Assembly (NCBI GenBank): GCA_965213925.1
Contig: OZ243927.1
Span: 384,001 to 448,000 of the forward strand
Direction: 5' to 3'
Source: Trueperaceae bacterium
GTDB taxonomy: Bacteria > Deinococcota > Deinococci > Deinococcales > Trueperaceae
Length of the DNA stretch: 64,000 bases
Notes under the pieces: generated by a model
Seen by the model: the letters and a program-made list of their open reading frames with translations, nothing else
Told to the model about the DNA's origin: nothing
Database searches by the model: none
Made by a program: the position numbers and the translations under genes
Shown: one piece after another, positions 11,636 to 20,837 of the stretch
Layout: the number at the start of each line of letters is the position of its first letter
Position numbering within the stretch: the first letter of the stretch is position 1

Positions 11636-11998
11636 CTATTCGTTGACGACAAGGATGTTGGTTTGGGCGGTGTCGGCGCGCATGGCGGGTGGGGGCTCGA
11701 GCGGGCGCACCGTCACGCGGCCGTAGACCTCTTCGTCGCCCCATTCGGTGTCGACGGTACTCGTGCGCAGGCGGCGGTTCAGCTGTACCCTCTCGGTAGC
11801 GCTGTTTACACGAAAGTTTCGAGCCACGGGGGAGCTAAGGCTATCGTCCCACACGTTGTCGTCTTCTCTCATCTGAAGTCTAAGCTGCCACAGTGAGCCG
11901 ACCTCGTGCGGCGCAAAACGAATGGTTGTGTCCGTAAAGAACGTGATGACGCTACCATTTTTGGTGCTCGTGAGCGTTGAGCGGGTGATTTCTGCCAT
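11636..11998 (-). CDS. Hypothetical protein
   Basis: ATG at 11998 with purine-rich upstream region; protein-like composition; ends at the shared terminator. Confidence 0.6.
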   Translation of the reverse strand: MAEITRSTLTSTKNGSVITFFTDTTIRFAPHEVGSLWQLRLQMREDDNVWDDSLSSPVARNFRVNSATERVQLNRRLRTSTVDTEWGDEEVYGRVTVRPLEPPPAMRADTAQTNILVVNE

Positions 11999-12100
11999 TG
12001 TTTTCTTCCTTTCTCGTTGCTTGTGGGCTCGAGCCATCGTTACCGTAGCTTAGGAGGGCTGAACGCAGCCTGACCGCCTAGACTTGCTACACTTGGCGTT

Positions 12101-12976
12101 ATGAATCCTTTCGCTGTCCGCCTCTTTGAGCGCATCCGCAAGGTGAATTCGAGGGTCTGTCTCGGCATCGACCCCCGCCCCGAGGCGCACCCTTTATCCC
12201 ATCCGAACAGATTCAAAAACGACCCTGCCCAGGTTGCCAAAGCCGCCCTTTACTACTTCCAAGCTATCGTCCAAGCGACGGAGCACGCAGTGGCGTGTTA
12301 CAAGCTCCAATCTGCCTTTTTCGAAGTGCTAGGGATTCCTGGTCTCATCAGCATGGCGCAGCTTACCGCAGACATCAAGTCGAGAGGTATTCCGGTCATC
12401 TTAGACGCCAAGCGCGGCGATATCGGTCCGACGGCGGAGGCGTACGCGAGCGCGTATCTGGGTGACGGCGTCTTCTCCGCCGACGCGCTCACGGTCAATC
12501 CGTACTTAGGCGTCGAAAGCTTAGCGCCCTTTCTCGCTCAGGCGGTGAGCGAAGCGCGCGGCGTGTTCGTTTTGGTCAAAACTTCGAACCTCGGCAGCGC
12601 GGATTTTCAAGACGTCCATACCGAGGGCGGACGCAAGCTCTACGAGCGCGTCGCCGACAGCCTGACGGAACTGGCGAAGGAGCACCTCGTCGGGCAGTAT
12701 TCACCGGTTGGGGCAGTCGTGGGTGCGACCTATCCGGGAGAACTCAAAGCACTCCGTCAGCGACTACCTCACAGCGTGTTGCTCGTCCCCGGTTACGGCG
12801 CGCAAGGCGCGGCGGCGGCGGATGTGGTGGGGGCGTTCGACGAGGATGGGTTCGGGGCGGTGGTCAGCTCGAGCCGCGCGCTGACCTACATTACCCAAGA
12901 GGACGACTTTTCGGTGCGGGCGCAAGGTGCCGCCGAAGCGATGAGAGACGAGATTAACGCGGCACTTCGAGGCTAG
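12101..12976 (+). CDS. pyrF: Orotidine-5'-phosphate decarboxylase
   Basis: CLGIDP, ILDAKRGDIG, VPGYGAQG and SSR motifs. Confidence 0.95.
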   Translation: MNPFAVRLFERIRKVNSRVCLGIDPRPEAHPLSHPNRFKNDPAQVAKAALYYFQAIVQATEHAVACYKLQSAFFEVLGIPGLISMAQLTADIKSRGIPVILDAKRGDIGPTAEAYASAYLGDGVFSADALTVNPYLGVESLAPFLAQAVSEARGVFVLVKTSNLGSADFQDVHTEGGRKLYERVADSLTELAKEHLVGQYSPVGAVVGATYPGELKALRQRLPHSVLLVPGYGAQGAAAADVVGAFDEDGFGAVVSSSRALTYITQEDDFSVRAQGAAEAMRDEINAALRG

Positions 12977-12980
12977 ATGT

Positions 12981-13699
12981 TTAGAGAAAAGCTTCTAGCG
13001 CTCTGTACACGTCGCTCGGCGAGTTGACGTGTACCGCTTTCATTCCGGTTGCTCTAGCGGCTGAAACGTTCGGCTCAGTATCGTCGAAGAACATGATCTC
13101 TCCAGGGTGAAGTCCTATAGCAGGTATCATCTGGTTTGAGCCAGTCTCACGAGATAAAACATCGTTCAGCACGCACTTTAGGGGATGATACCTGCGTGAT
13201 TCAAACTCAGTACTTCTGATAACCACTATATTTCCGAGATGACGTAAAGGAAAGCGTCCGGCTCGGGTTTCCGCTTACCCATGTCGGAGGAGACAAAGAT
13301 TCGCTCGAACGGCGTGAGCGCGTCCGCGTAACGCTGAGACCAGAACGATTGATGGGTCGCGTTAGTGTTGCTAAAGGCGTAGAGAGGTAGCCTACCCTCC
13401 AACTGACGGATAAGTTGCACCGTCGGCGCAATTTCACCCAAGAAAATAGCGTTCCAGCCCTCTTCGAACTGCGCGTTTGATATCGCTATCCCTAGCGTCG
13501 TGCGGAGCGAAGTGTAGTATGTCTCCGCGTCTATCTCCCCGCGCTCATGCTGTTCGTACGCCTCGTCTAGCGTGAAGCGCGACCGGAGCGTCTCGAGGTT
13601 CGCGCTTGCATGAGCGCTCCACCGCTCGAGCACCTTATCGAAACTGACGTCGATAATGACACCACCCAGGTCGAACAACAAAGCCTTAATTTGGGTCAA
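12981..13699 (-). pseudogene. HAD family phosphatase interrupted by a 111-bp MITE
   Basis: N-part FDLGGV...KRKPEPDAF...SEI stops at the insert. C-part GLHPGEIMFFDDTEPNV resumes after it. Removing 13118-13230 restores EIGLHP. Confidence 0.85.
13118..13228. mobile_element. 111-bp MITE with TA target-site duplication (IS630/Tc1-mariner-like ends)
   Basis: Ends TAGCAGGTATCA / TGATAACCACTA (9 of 12 inverted match); TA at 13116-17 and 13229-30; related copies elsewhere in the window. Confidence 0.75.
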
Positions 13700-13762
13700 A
13701 CCAACACCTCTTCCGCTCGAGGCTCTCTCAATTCAGTACCCTATTCCCCCCGAGGAGCGTCT

Positions 13763-15793
13763 TCACAATTCGCCTTTAGTAACTGCGCCAAAAGCACGTT
13801 CCAACCGTCCCGAAAGCGAGCGCACATAACTCGCCGTGAGATGGTTATAGTCTCTGAACAAAATGCGCTCCTCGGTTTGGACGACACACACGCCTTCGGG
13901 ACAGATAACGTCCGTCAAGTCGAGCAGGTGGACGTTGCGAAACTCCCTCGCCGCTTCCTGCTGCGCCTCGAACACCTCTACGCTTTTCCAATTGCGCGCA
14001 GGGAAGTCGCACGAGCGTTCCCCTACGTCAAGCCCGAGGGTGCGTCGCCACGTCTTTCGCGAGAGGCACGCCGGGACGTCGCCCTCGGGTAGAGGCGAGT
14101 CTCGTAGGACCACCACGCTTTCAGCAATAGCTGCTAGGTCCGCAAAAATCGCCTCGCTGCCCACACGCCAGTCCTGCGAGTCGAGCACCCCGTAGTGGCT
14201 GAACGACGACATCACGACTAGGTCGGGGCGGACCTCTTTCATTCTCTCGAGGGCCGCCTCGCGCCACACGTCGCACTCGGTGTAGTCGCGCCCTAAGCTC
14301 TGCGCGAAGAGCATAATGTCGATACCCGGACACCCGACCTTCAAAAAGTATAGCAGCCGCCAACCCCGCCTCGAGGCAGCTTCTTGAAGTGCTGGTGCCC
14401 ACTGCGCGGCGTGGCTGTCGCCGTAGAGCGCCACGGTGAAGGTCGCGTCCGCTGGACCTTCGTTGCAGTCTGCTAAGCGGGTCTCGAGCCGCTGAACGGT
14501 GCAGCGCCAGTTGGACACGGTGGGTTTGTCCTCCTGCGCCGCGATATACCGTCGTTGCTCGGGGCTGCGCGACTGCGCCGCCGCCACGCCCCACCACGAC
14601 GCGCTCAGGCTGATAGACAAGAGGGCGAGCGCGCCTAGAAGTGTCGCGCCGTACACCGTGCGCCCTAGCGTGCGGCTGCGGCGCGCAGGATTCTCCACGA
14701 AGCGGTACGACAGCGCCGCCAAGCCAAGGGAAAGGGTAAGGACAGCGAGTGTTTGTAAGGGCGTGAGGTCGCCGTACTCCCTCGCAAAGACCAGCGCGGG
14801 CCAGTGCCAGAGGTACCACGAGTACGAGAGGCGTCCGAAAAAGCGTAAGGGAGACCAGGAGAGGACTAGGGCCAACCCCCTATCAGCCCCCTTTTTAACC
14901 TCAGCGGTACCCGCGCGCAAGACAAAAACCGTGCCGAGTACGGGTAGCAGCGCGGTCCAGCCCGGAAACGGCGTGCGGGCGGTGTAGAGGCTACCCGCAA
15001 GGATAACCGCGGCGAGCCCGAGCCAGCCTAAGACGTGTGCGAAGCTGCGCCTTCCTAGCTCGAGACTCGGAACGAGCGCGGCGAGCCCGCCGAGCGCAAA
15101 CTCCCACACGCGCGTTGGCGACGAGAAGAACGCCCAGTGCGTCCACCCCACCCCATTGAGAAGGAGCGTGAGCGCGAACGACGCCGTCGCCACCGCTACG
15201 ATTCCCCAGACGAGGCGTCGGCGGTTTAAGGTTGGCGTACGTCGAGGTTTGCGAAAGCTGAGCCCTACCAGCAACCCTAGAACGAGCGCGGGCCAAAAGA
15301 GGTAAAACTGCTCCTCGACCGAGAGCGACCACATGTGGAGCAGGGGGTTCGTCTCCGCGTCCACCGCCAGATAATCCGTCGCCCTCAATCCGAAAAAGAG
15401 GTTCGATACATAAGCCGCCGACGCGAGCGCCGTTTTCGCTAGGTCGATCTGCGCCAGCGGCGCATAATAGACGAACGCGAACGCGCCCACGCACGCGAGG
15501 AGCAGCGCCGCCGCGGGCAGCAAGCGGCGGGCGCGGCGGGCGTAAAACCGCAAGAGGTCGACCCTACCTGTCTCCTCGACCTCTTTAACCAAGATGCCCG
15601 TGATGAGATAGCCCGACAGGACGAAAAACACGTCCACCCCGACGTAGCCCCCGGAGAAGCCCGGCACCTCGGCGTGGTAGAGCACGACCAAGAGAACGGC
15701 GATTCCGCGCAACCCTTCGATGTCGGTGCGCCAAGCGAGTGTGGACGGTGGGGGTGAAGTGAGGTCTTTCAGAAAGTAAATTTTACACGACAA
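13763..15793 (-). CDS. Acyltransferase family 3 protein with C-terminal SGNH domain (OafA/OatA-like); start uncertain
   Basis: DIEGLRGIAV, GVDVFFVLSGYLIT, HMWSLSVEEQFY, GDSHA, DYNH. Confidence 0.9.
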   Translation of the reverse strand: MSCKIYFLKDLTSPPPSTLAWRTDIEGLRGIAVLLVVLYHAEVPGFSGGYVGVDVFFVLSGYLITGILVKEVEETGRVDLLRFYARRARRLLPAAALLLACVGAFAFVYYAPLAQIDLAKTALASAAYVSNLFFGLRATDYLAVDAETNPLLHMWSLSVEEQFYLFWPALVLGLLVGLSFRKPRRTPTLNRRRLVWGIVAVATASFALTLLLNGVGWTHWAFFSSPTRVWEFALGGLAALVPSLELGRRSFAHVLGWLGLAAVILAGSLYTARTPFPGWTALLPVLGTVFVLRAGTAEVKKGADRGLALVLSWSPLRFFGRLSYSWYLWHWPALVFAREYGDLTPLQTLAVLTLSLGLAALSYRFVENPARRSRTLGRTVYGATLLGALALLSISLSASWWGVAAAQSRSPEQRRYIAAQEDKPTVSNWRCTVQRLETRLADCNEGPADATFTVALYGDSHAAQWAPALQEAASRRGWRLLYFLKVGCPGIDIMLFAQSLGRDYTECDVWREAALERMKEVRPDLVVMSSFSHYGVLDSQDWRVGSEAIFADLAAIAESVVVLRDSPLPEGDVPACLSRKTWRRTLGLDVGERSCDFPARNWKSVEVFEAQQEAAREFRNVHLLDLTDVICPEGVCVVQTEERILFRDYNHLTASYVRSLSGRLERAFGAVTKGEL

Positions 15794-16028
15794 CGCTCTA
15801 AGAAGTGGTGGGAGCTTGACTTAGTGGTCGACACACGTAGTTTGGAGGGGAAGAGCCTAATGGTTGAGGAACCCGAAGCGCGCTCCCACCTGTACCACCC
15901 AAGAGGATGACCTTTTACCAAACCTCTTTGCCGACAGTGTATTCGGTCTATCGCTTCATGAATATGCCCGTCGTTGAGTTCGTACTTTTCCTCCATAGAG
16001 ACCTCATCTCATGTCACCAGACTACGCA

Positions 16029-16119
16029 CTACCAAATCTCATTCCCGACAGGTTCGCTTGTATCCACTTCGGCGTGGCGGTTTTCGTCAGTGATGCCTGC
16101 TACAAGCTGCTCGAGCGAA
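16029..16119 (-). pseudogene. Truncated mazE antitoxin 3' remnant
   Basis: Reads SLEQLVAGITDENRHAEVDTSEPVGNEIW*, nearly identical to the intact MazE C-terminus at 17776-17870. Confidence 0.75.
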
Positions 16120-16141
16120 CGCTACTGTTTCAGCGCTATTT

Positions 16142-16750
16142 TTACCTTGACCAAGGCTGTATTAGGAAGCCTGCTTGAGAAAAGTGTCTGTCAAACGCTA
16201 GTGCTATTTGAATGGTTTGCTTTTCCGTAACGACAAAAGAAATACAGTCGGTAAGCGAGTACGCTTTATCCTCATGTTCTTGGAAATATCGCCAGCCCTT
16301 CTGAAAAAGTGCGTCATCTACAAAAACTACCTGAAGGGATGAACTAAGCAAGAGGCGATTTCCCACCTCGACAGCTTTAGCATGAAATCCGCGACTGTTG
16401 AAGAATGTGACGACCTCATCAAACACGTAAGAGGTCGTAACAATAGTAGGCAAATCGGTTTTTAGATCGTTCCAGTGAGCGAGTGCGGCTCGGTGGTTCT
16501 GGTCGTTTGCCAGCTCCAAAGCCAACACCCGTATCCATAAAGACGGTGGGCATTGGTACAAGTGGCTGTCGTGTTTCTGTGAAGCGTCGCTGACCTCGTC
16601 CTCAAGAGGTTGACTGCCGAGACCTAAGATAGGGTCAGCTAGAGGCACAACGAGAATCGTGTCGCCCTCCTTGCGAATTTCTACGGCGTCAATGCCCTCG
16701 AGCAAAGCCTTAGGGATGAGCACGCCATCGTTCGTAACTTGAGCTTTCAT
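16142..16750 (-). CDS. AbrB-like antitoxin read in frame into a PIN/VapC toxin (toxin start MPTVFMDTG at 16553 is out of frame)
   Basis: N-half is AbrB-like. C-half has TTSYVFDEVVT, YSLTDCISF and FDRHF PIN motifs. Confidence 0.7.
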   Translation of the reverse strand: MKAQVTNDGVLIPKALLEGIDAVEIRKEGDTILVVPLADPILGLGSQPLEDEVSDASQKHDSHLYQCPPSLWIRVLALELANDQNHRAALAHWNDLKTDLPTIVTTSYVFDEVVTFFNSRGFHAKAVEVGNRLLLSSSLQVVFVDDALFQKGWRYFQEHEDKAYSLTDCISFVVTEKQTIQIALAFDRHFSQAGFLIQPWSR

Positions 16751-16809
16751 AGCAGTATTATACTCGAGGTGAGTGAGCAGGCTCGAGCGACCTCTTGAGG
16801 ATGAGAATG

Positions 16810-17253
16810 CTACTTCTCGAGACCCTCCAAATCGAGCAAGTCCTGTGGTCTCCCTGATGCCCGCTTCGCCTTTATAAGATCAACTTTGGAGATGAAGTGC
16901 ATCTCTTCTCCGGCGAGAAGCACAGTTTCTCGGTTTCGCCACGCTTCTGCGAAGTCAACGCCTGGGATGGACATAAGCACGTCAACTCGTAGTGGCGGAG
17001 CGCCCATCTGGTAGAAGTAACCTTCTTCAGCAAAATCTTGCGGTGTGAGGTTTTCAAGAGGTGCGCCGAACTCGGTAAGCGCGGCGTAAATCGCCCTAGC
17101 GTTTTTGTCATCAACTGCAATGAGTAAGTCTAAATCCTTTGTAAACCTCGGCTCGCTGTAGCGCATCACTGCGTAGCCGCCGACGATCAGATAGCGAACC
17201 TCATAGCTTCCCAAAAGTCTCAAGAGTTCTCTGAAGTCGGGGCTCGTCAGCAT
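16810..17253 (-). CDS. Nucleotidyltransferase family protein (MNT-like)
   Basis: LIVGGYAV...RFTKDLD, KRASGRPQDLLDL. Confidence 0.8.
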   Translation of the reverse strand: MLTSPDFRELLRLLGSYEVRYLIVGGYAVMRYSEPRFTKDLDLLIAVDDKNARAIYAALTEFGAPLENLTPQDFAEEGYFYQMGAPPLRVDVLMSIPGVDFAEAWRNRETVLLAGEEMHFISKVDLIKAKRASGRPQDLLDLEGLEK

Positions 17254-17392
17254 AGCCTTCCTTTAGAAGAAGATAGTCTTTGATGAGTTGCGTGGCGGCC
17301 TCGAAGAGAACTTCGGGGGGTTGGCTCTGCCAAAAGGCGATGTCAAAGTCATCCTCTTCGCCTAGTTTGCCGTAGTTTTCTCTGATGGGCAT
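17201..17392 (-). CDS. Small protein paired with the nucleotidyltransferase
   Basis: FDIAFWQSQPPE...PRLQRT; overlaps NTase start. Confidence 0.6.
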   Translation of the reverse strand: MPIRENYGKLGEEDDFDIAFWQSQPPEVLFEAATQLIKDYLLLKEGYADEPRLQRTLETFGKL

Positions 17393-17436
17393 AGTGATAG
17401 TTTACTTCAGAAGAGGGGAGTGTGGGGCTCGAGTGA

Positions 17437-17772
17437 TTAAGAAAATAGCAGAGGCTCGAGCCTGTCCAAGACCTCTTCAACAACTTCCGTTGGCAAACTT
17501 GCAATGAAGTCAACTTGACGAACACGCCAGTCCAAACTTTTGATTTGGTTGACGAGAACTACGCCTGAAACCGCTTCGCCTTTCGGAATTAAGACTTCAA
17601 ACGGATAGCCCTTGATCTGGCTGGTGATTGGACAAAAAAGGGCTAAGCCGCTTCTGCGATTATATAAAGAGGGTGATAGAACTAGAGCAGGACGCCTACC
17701 TGCTTGCTCGTGTCCTCTCTGCGGATTGAAGTCGAGCCACACAGCGTCGCCGCGTTCAGGCACGTAAACCAC
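17437..17772 (-). CDS. mazF: MazF endoribonuclease toxin
   Basis: YVPERGDAVWLDFNPQRGHEQAGRRPALVLSP, CPITSQIKGYPFEV. Confidence 0.92.
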   Translation of the reverse strand: MVYVPERGDAVWLDFNPQRGHEQAGRRPALVLSPSLYNRRSGLALFCPITSQIKGYPFEVLIPKGEAVSGVVLVNQIKSLDWRVRQVDFIASLPTEVVEEVLDRLEPLLFS

Positions 17773-17775
17773 TTG

Positions 17776-18027
17776 TTACCAAACCTCATTCCCTACAGGT
17801 TCGCCTGTGTCTATTTCAGCGTGCGTGTTTTCCTCGGTGATGCCCTCTACAAGCTGCTCGAGCGAATACTTCGACCTTTTCCTCTTAGTAACAGGCGTGA
17901 CGACAAGCTTGCCCTCGACTAAGCTCAGATCAACTTCTGTGTCGGGCTCGAGCTGTGTCTCTGCGGCAAATGATTTAGGGATGCGTAAGGCTAGACTGTT
18001 GCCCCACTTTTGAACTTTGGTTTTCAT
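17776..18027 (-). CDS. mazE: MazE/AbrB antitoxin
   Basis: MKTKVQKWGNSLALRIPK; RBS GGAGG. Confidence 0.92.
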   Translation of the reverse strand: MKTKVQKWGNSLALRIPKSFAAETQLEPDTEVDLSLVEGKLVVTPVTKRKRSKYSLEQLVEGITEENTHAEIDTGEPVGNEVW

Positions 18028-18101
18028 AAAACCTCCAAGTAGATACAAAGAGTATACAATATTTTGGAGGTGAGTTTGGGGCTCGAGATTTCGCAGTAGA
18101 A

Positions 18102-18764
18102 TCAATCTTCATGCGTTGAGTTCCAGCCTGGAGAAAGCGTAGGTAAGGACCAGTTATCAGAAGGTCGCCAAGCTAGCAAACTTCCGTCAAAGGGTGCAAC
18201 TTTCCTCTTGATAAGGTCGAAGATTTCTTGTTTAGCCTCTTCGATTCCTGAAATTTGGTTGGATGTGATAATGCCGCGTCTAATACCCTCGTAGTATTCA
18301 CCAGCGTCTTTCCAGTGGAGAGATAAGTCTGGTTTGATGATGAGGTCAAGTTCTAGGTCGAGCGTGTCGAAACCTACATGGCTGCGTGTGAAGGGTAATT
18401 CGAAGTTGACGTACCAGCCGAGAAACTTTCCGGTATCGTGCTGCCAACAGAGTTGGATAGAGTAGTATTGACCGGGTTGCAGAAGGATTAGAAAGCGCTT
18501 CTCTCGCCAAATTCGGTCTACAAGTTGCCAGTCTACAGTTTCTTGTTCGTCCCAGCGGCTTTGCATCATGTCTTTAGACTCGCTACTGTATCTCCGAGCC
18601 ACAAGCCCAGCCGAGAATTTACAGAGCGTTCCAGGTACAAGAAGGAGTTTGGTGCATATTAGCGTATCCTCAACGACTCTTACGGGACGAGCAATCCAAA
18701 CTTTGCCTCTGTAGATGCCTCGGTGAACGACAGCGTCGCCACTCTTGAAATAGTCAATGCTCAT
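18102..18764 (-). CDS. DUF402 domain protein
   Basis: GWYVNFELP...DTLDLELDL...WKD; lower GC than flanks. Confidence 0.8.
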   Translation of the reverse strand: MSIDYFKSGDAVVHRGIYRGKVWIARPVRVVEDTLICTKLLLVPGTLCKFSAGLVARRYSSESKDMMQSRWDEQETVDWQLVDRIWREKRFLILLQPGQYYSIQLCWQHDTGKFLGWYVNFELPFTRSHVGFDTLDLELDLIIKPDLSLHWKDAGEYYEGIRRGIITSNQISGIEEAKQEIFDLIKRKVAPFDGSLLAWRPSDNWSLPTLSPGWNSTHED

Positions 18765-18854
18765 ACGCTGTTCCGATTATGAATGCAATCTCATTGCAAA
18801 ATGCAAGAGGGCAGAGACGCAACGCTTCTCGCCCCTGCCACTCCTCTCAAGCTC

Positions 18855-20422
18855 CTAAAACCGCTCAATCACCGTCTTCATCTCCAAAAACAGCCGCAAA
18901 TAATCCGGTCCCCCCGCCTTCGAGTTCGTCCCCGAAAGCTTATAGCCACCGAAGGGCTGAACGCCAACGAGTGCCCCGGTAATCCCCCGGTTAAAGTAGA
19001 GGTTGCCGACCTGAAACTCGCGCCGCGCCCGCTCTAAGCCGTGCTCTATTCTTGCTGTGAACGCCGCCCGTGAGCCCGAAAACCGTCGCGTTGGCAATCT
19101 CTAGGGCGTGGTCGAAGTCGCGCGCTTTCATCACCGAGACGACGGGACCAAAAATCTCTTCGCAGGCAATCGTCGCGCTTTGGGGCACGTCGGCGAAGAC
19201 GGTGGGCTGGATGAAGTGTCCTTCGTCGCCCGCGCGTTCGCCGCCCGCTACGAGCTTCGCTTCGGTTTTGCCGTTGTCGATATAGCCCATGATCTTATCG
19301 ACCGCTTTTTGGTTGATGACCGCCGCAACGTCGGGGTTCTCTTCGGCGGGACCGACTTTGAGGGCTTTGACGCGCTCAGTGAACTTCTCCACCATCTCGT
19401 CGTAGACCTCCTCAACGACGATAAGGCGGCTCATCGCGGAGCACTTTTGACCCTGGAAGCCGTAGCCGCTCGCCGCCGCCATCTCTGCAGCGTAGTCCAA
19501 GTCGGCGGTTTCGTCCACGATGAGGGCGTCTTTGCCGCCCATCTCCAGGTAGACCTTTTTGATCCACTTCTGACCGGGCTGCACCTTCGCGGCGCGTTCG
19601 TTGATGCGTAAGCCCGTCGCCATCGAGCCAGTGAAGTTGATGAAGCGCGTGCGCGGGTGGTCTACGAGCGCGTCGCCGAGTTCGGCGTCGTCGCCCGTCA
19701 AGAGGTTGATGACGCCGGGCGGAAAGCCCGCCTCTTCGACGCACTCCATGAATTTCTGCGCGATGATGACGGTATCGGGTGAGGGCTTTAAGATGACCGT
19801 GTTGCCAACCGCGACGGGTCCGATGGTCGTGCCCGTTAGAGATGGCGAGCAAGAAGTTCCAGGGCGGGATGACGACGCCGACGCCCATCGGGATGTAGAA
19901 CGAGGTGTTCTCTTCGCCGGGGTAGTCGTAGGTGGGCAGAGGTCCCTCGAGCTTCAGTGATTCGCGCGCGTAGTACTCGACGAAGTCGATGGCTTCGGCC
20001 ACGTCCGCTTCGGCTTCCCGGTAGTTCTTCGCCGCTTCGAACGTTTCCCAAGCGGAGAGTTCGAACTTGCGGCGGCGCATGATGGCGGCGAGTTTCATCA
20101 AGGTTCTAGCGCGGTGCGCCATCGGTAGCCCTGACCAACTCTCAAACGCTTCCCACGCGGTGTCCATCGCCTTCTCGAGCTGCTTTTTCGTGCCCTTGGC
20201 GGTGCGCCCGACGACCTCTTCTTTGCTGCTCGGGTTGGTCGAGGCGAGCCACTCGCCTGTGTCTATTTTCTCGCCGCCGATCACGAGCGGATAGTCCTGC
20301 CCAAGCTGGTTGCGCACCTCGGCGAGCGCCTTGTGGTAGCTCTCGATCACCTCGGGCTGACTGAAGTCCGAGTAGGGCTCGTTGCTGTACGGCTCGAAAA
20401 GCTCGTTCGACTGTTTCTCCAT
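18855..20422 (-). CDS. pruA: 1-pyrroline-5-carboxylate dehydrogenase (two apparent +1 frameshifts at ~19838 and ~19036)
   Basis: [36 protein letters not shown] spread over three frames; adjacent to proline dehydrogenase. Confidence 0.9.
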
Positions 20423-20837
20423 CGTCGCTCCTCCATAGAATCAATAGAATGAATCAGCAGTTCCGCAATATATTGAGACAAAGTGTCGCTTACGAAGTTT
20501 TGCCGACGCTTCGCGCTTTGATAGAGCCGGCAAGGGTCTCATCACTGAACGCGCGTGCTAGTTACAAAGTTTTCGCGAAGCGAAACGTTACTTTACATAG
20601 TGAGAGTGTTGCTTCGCAGAACTTCGTACACTCAAACCAGATGATACCTGCTAAATCATGCAAAAAGGTGTCAATTGCGGCTTGCAACGACACCTTAACA
20701 GGGATAAGAGGTTAGGCGCTAGGGGATAGAAGCTGTAAAAAAGCAGTAGTCAGAATTCAGTAGTCAGCTTGAAACCCATGCTGAACTTTGACTCCTGATC
20801 CCTGACTACTGCTTTTGATACCTGACCACTGCCTTTC

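Noticed and set aside
18855..20422. pruA as a real pseudogene or three genes
   Set aside because: All motifs are intact and both shifts fit the same artefact pattern.
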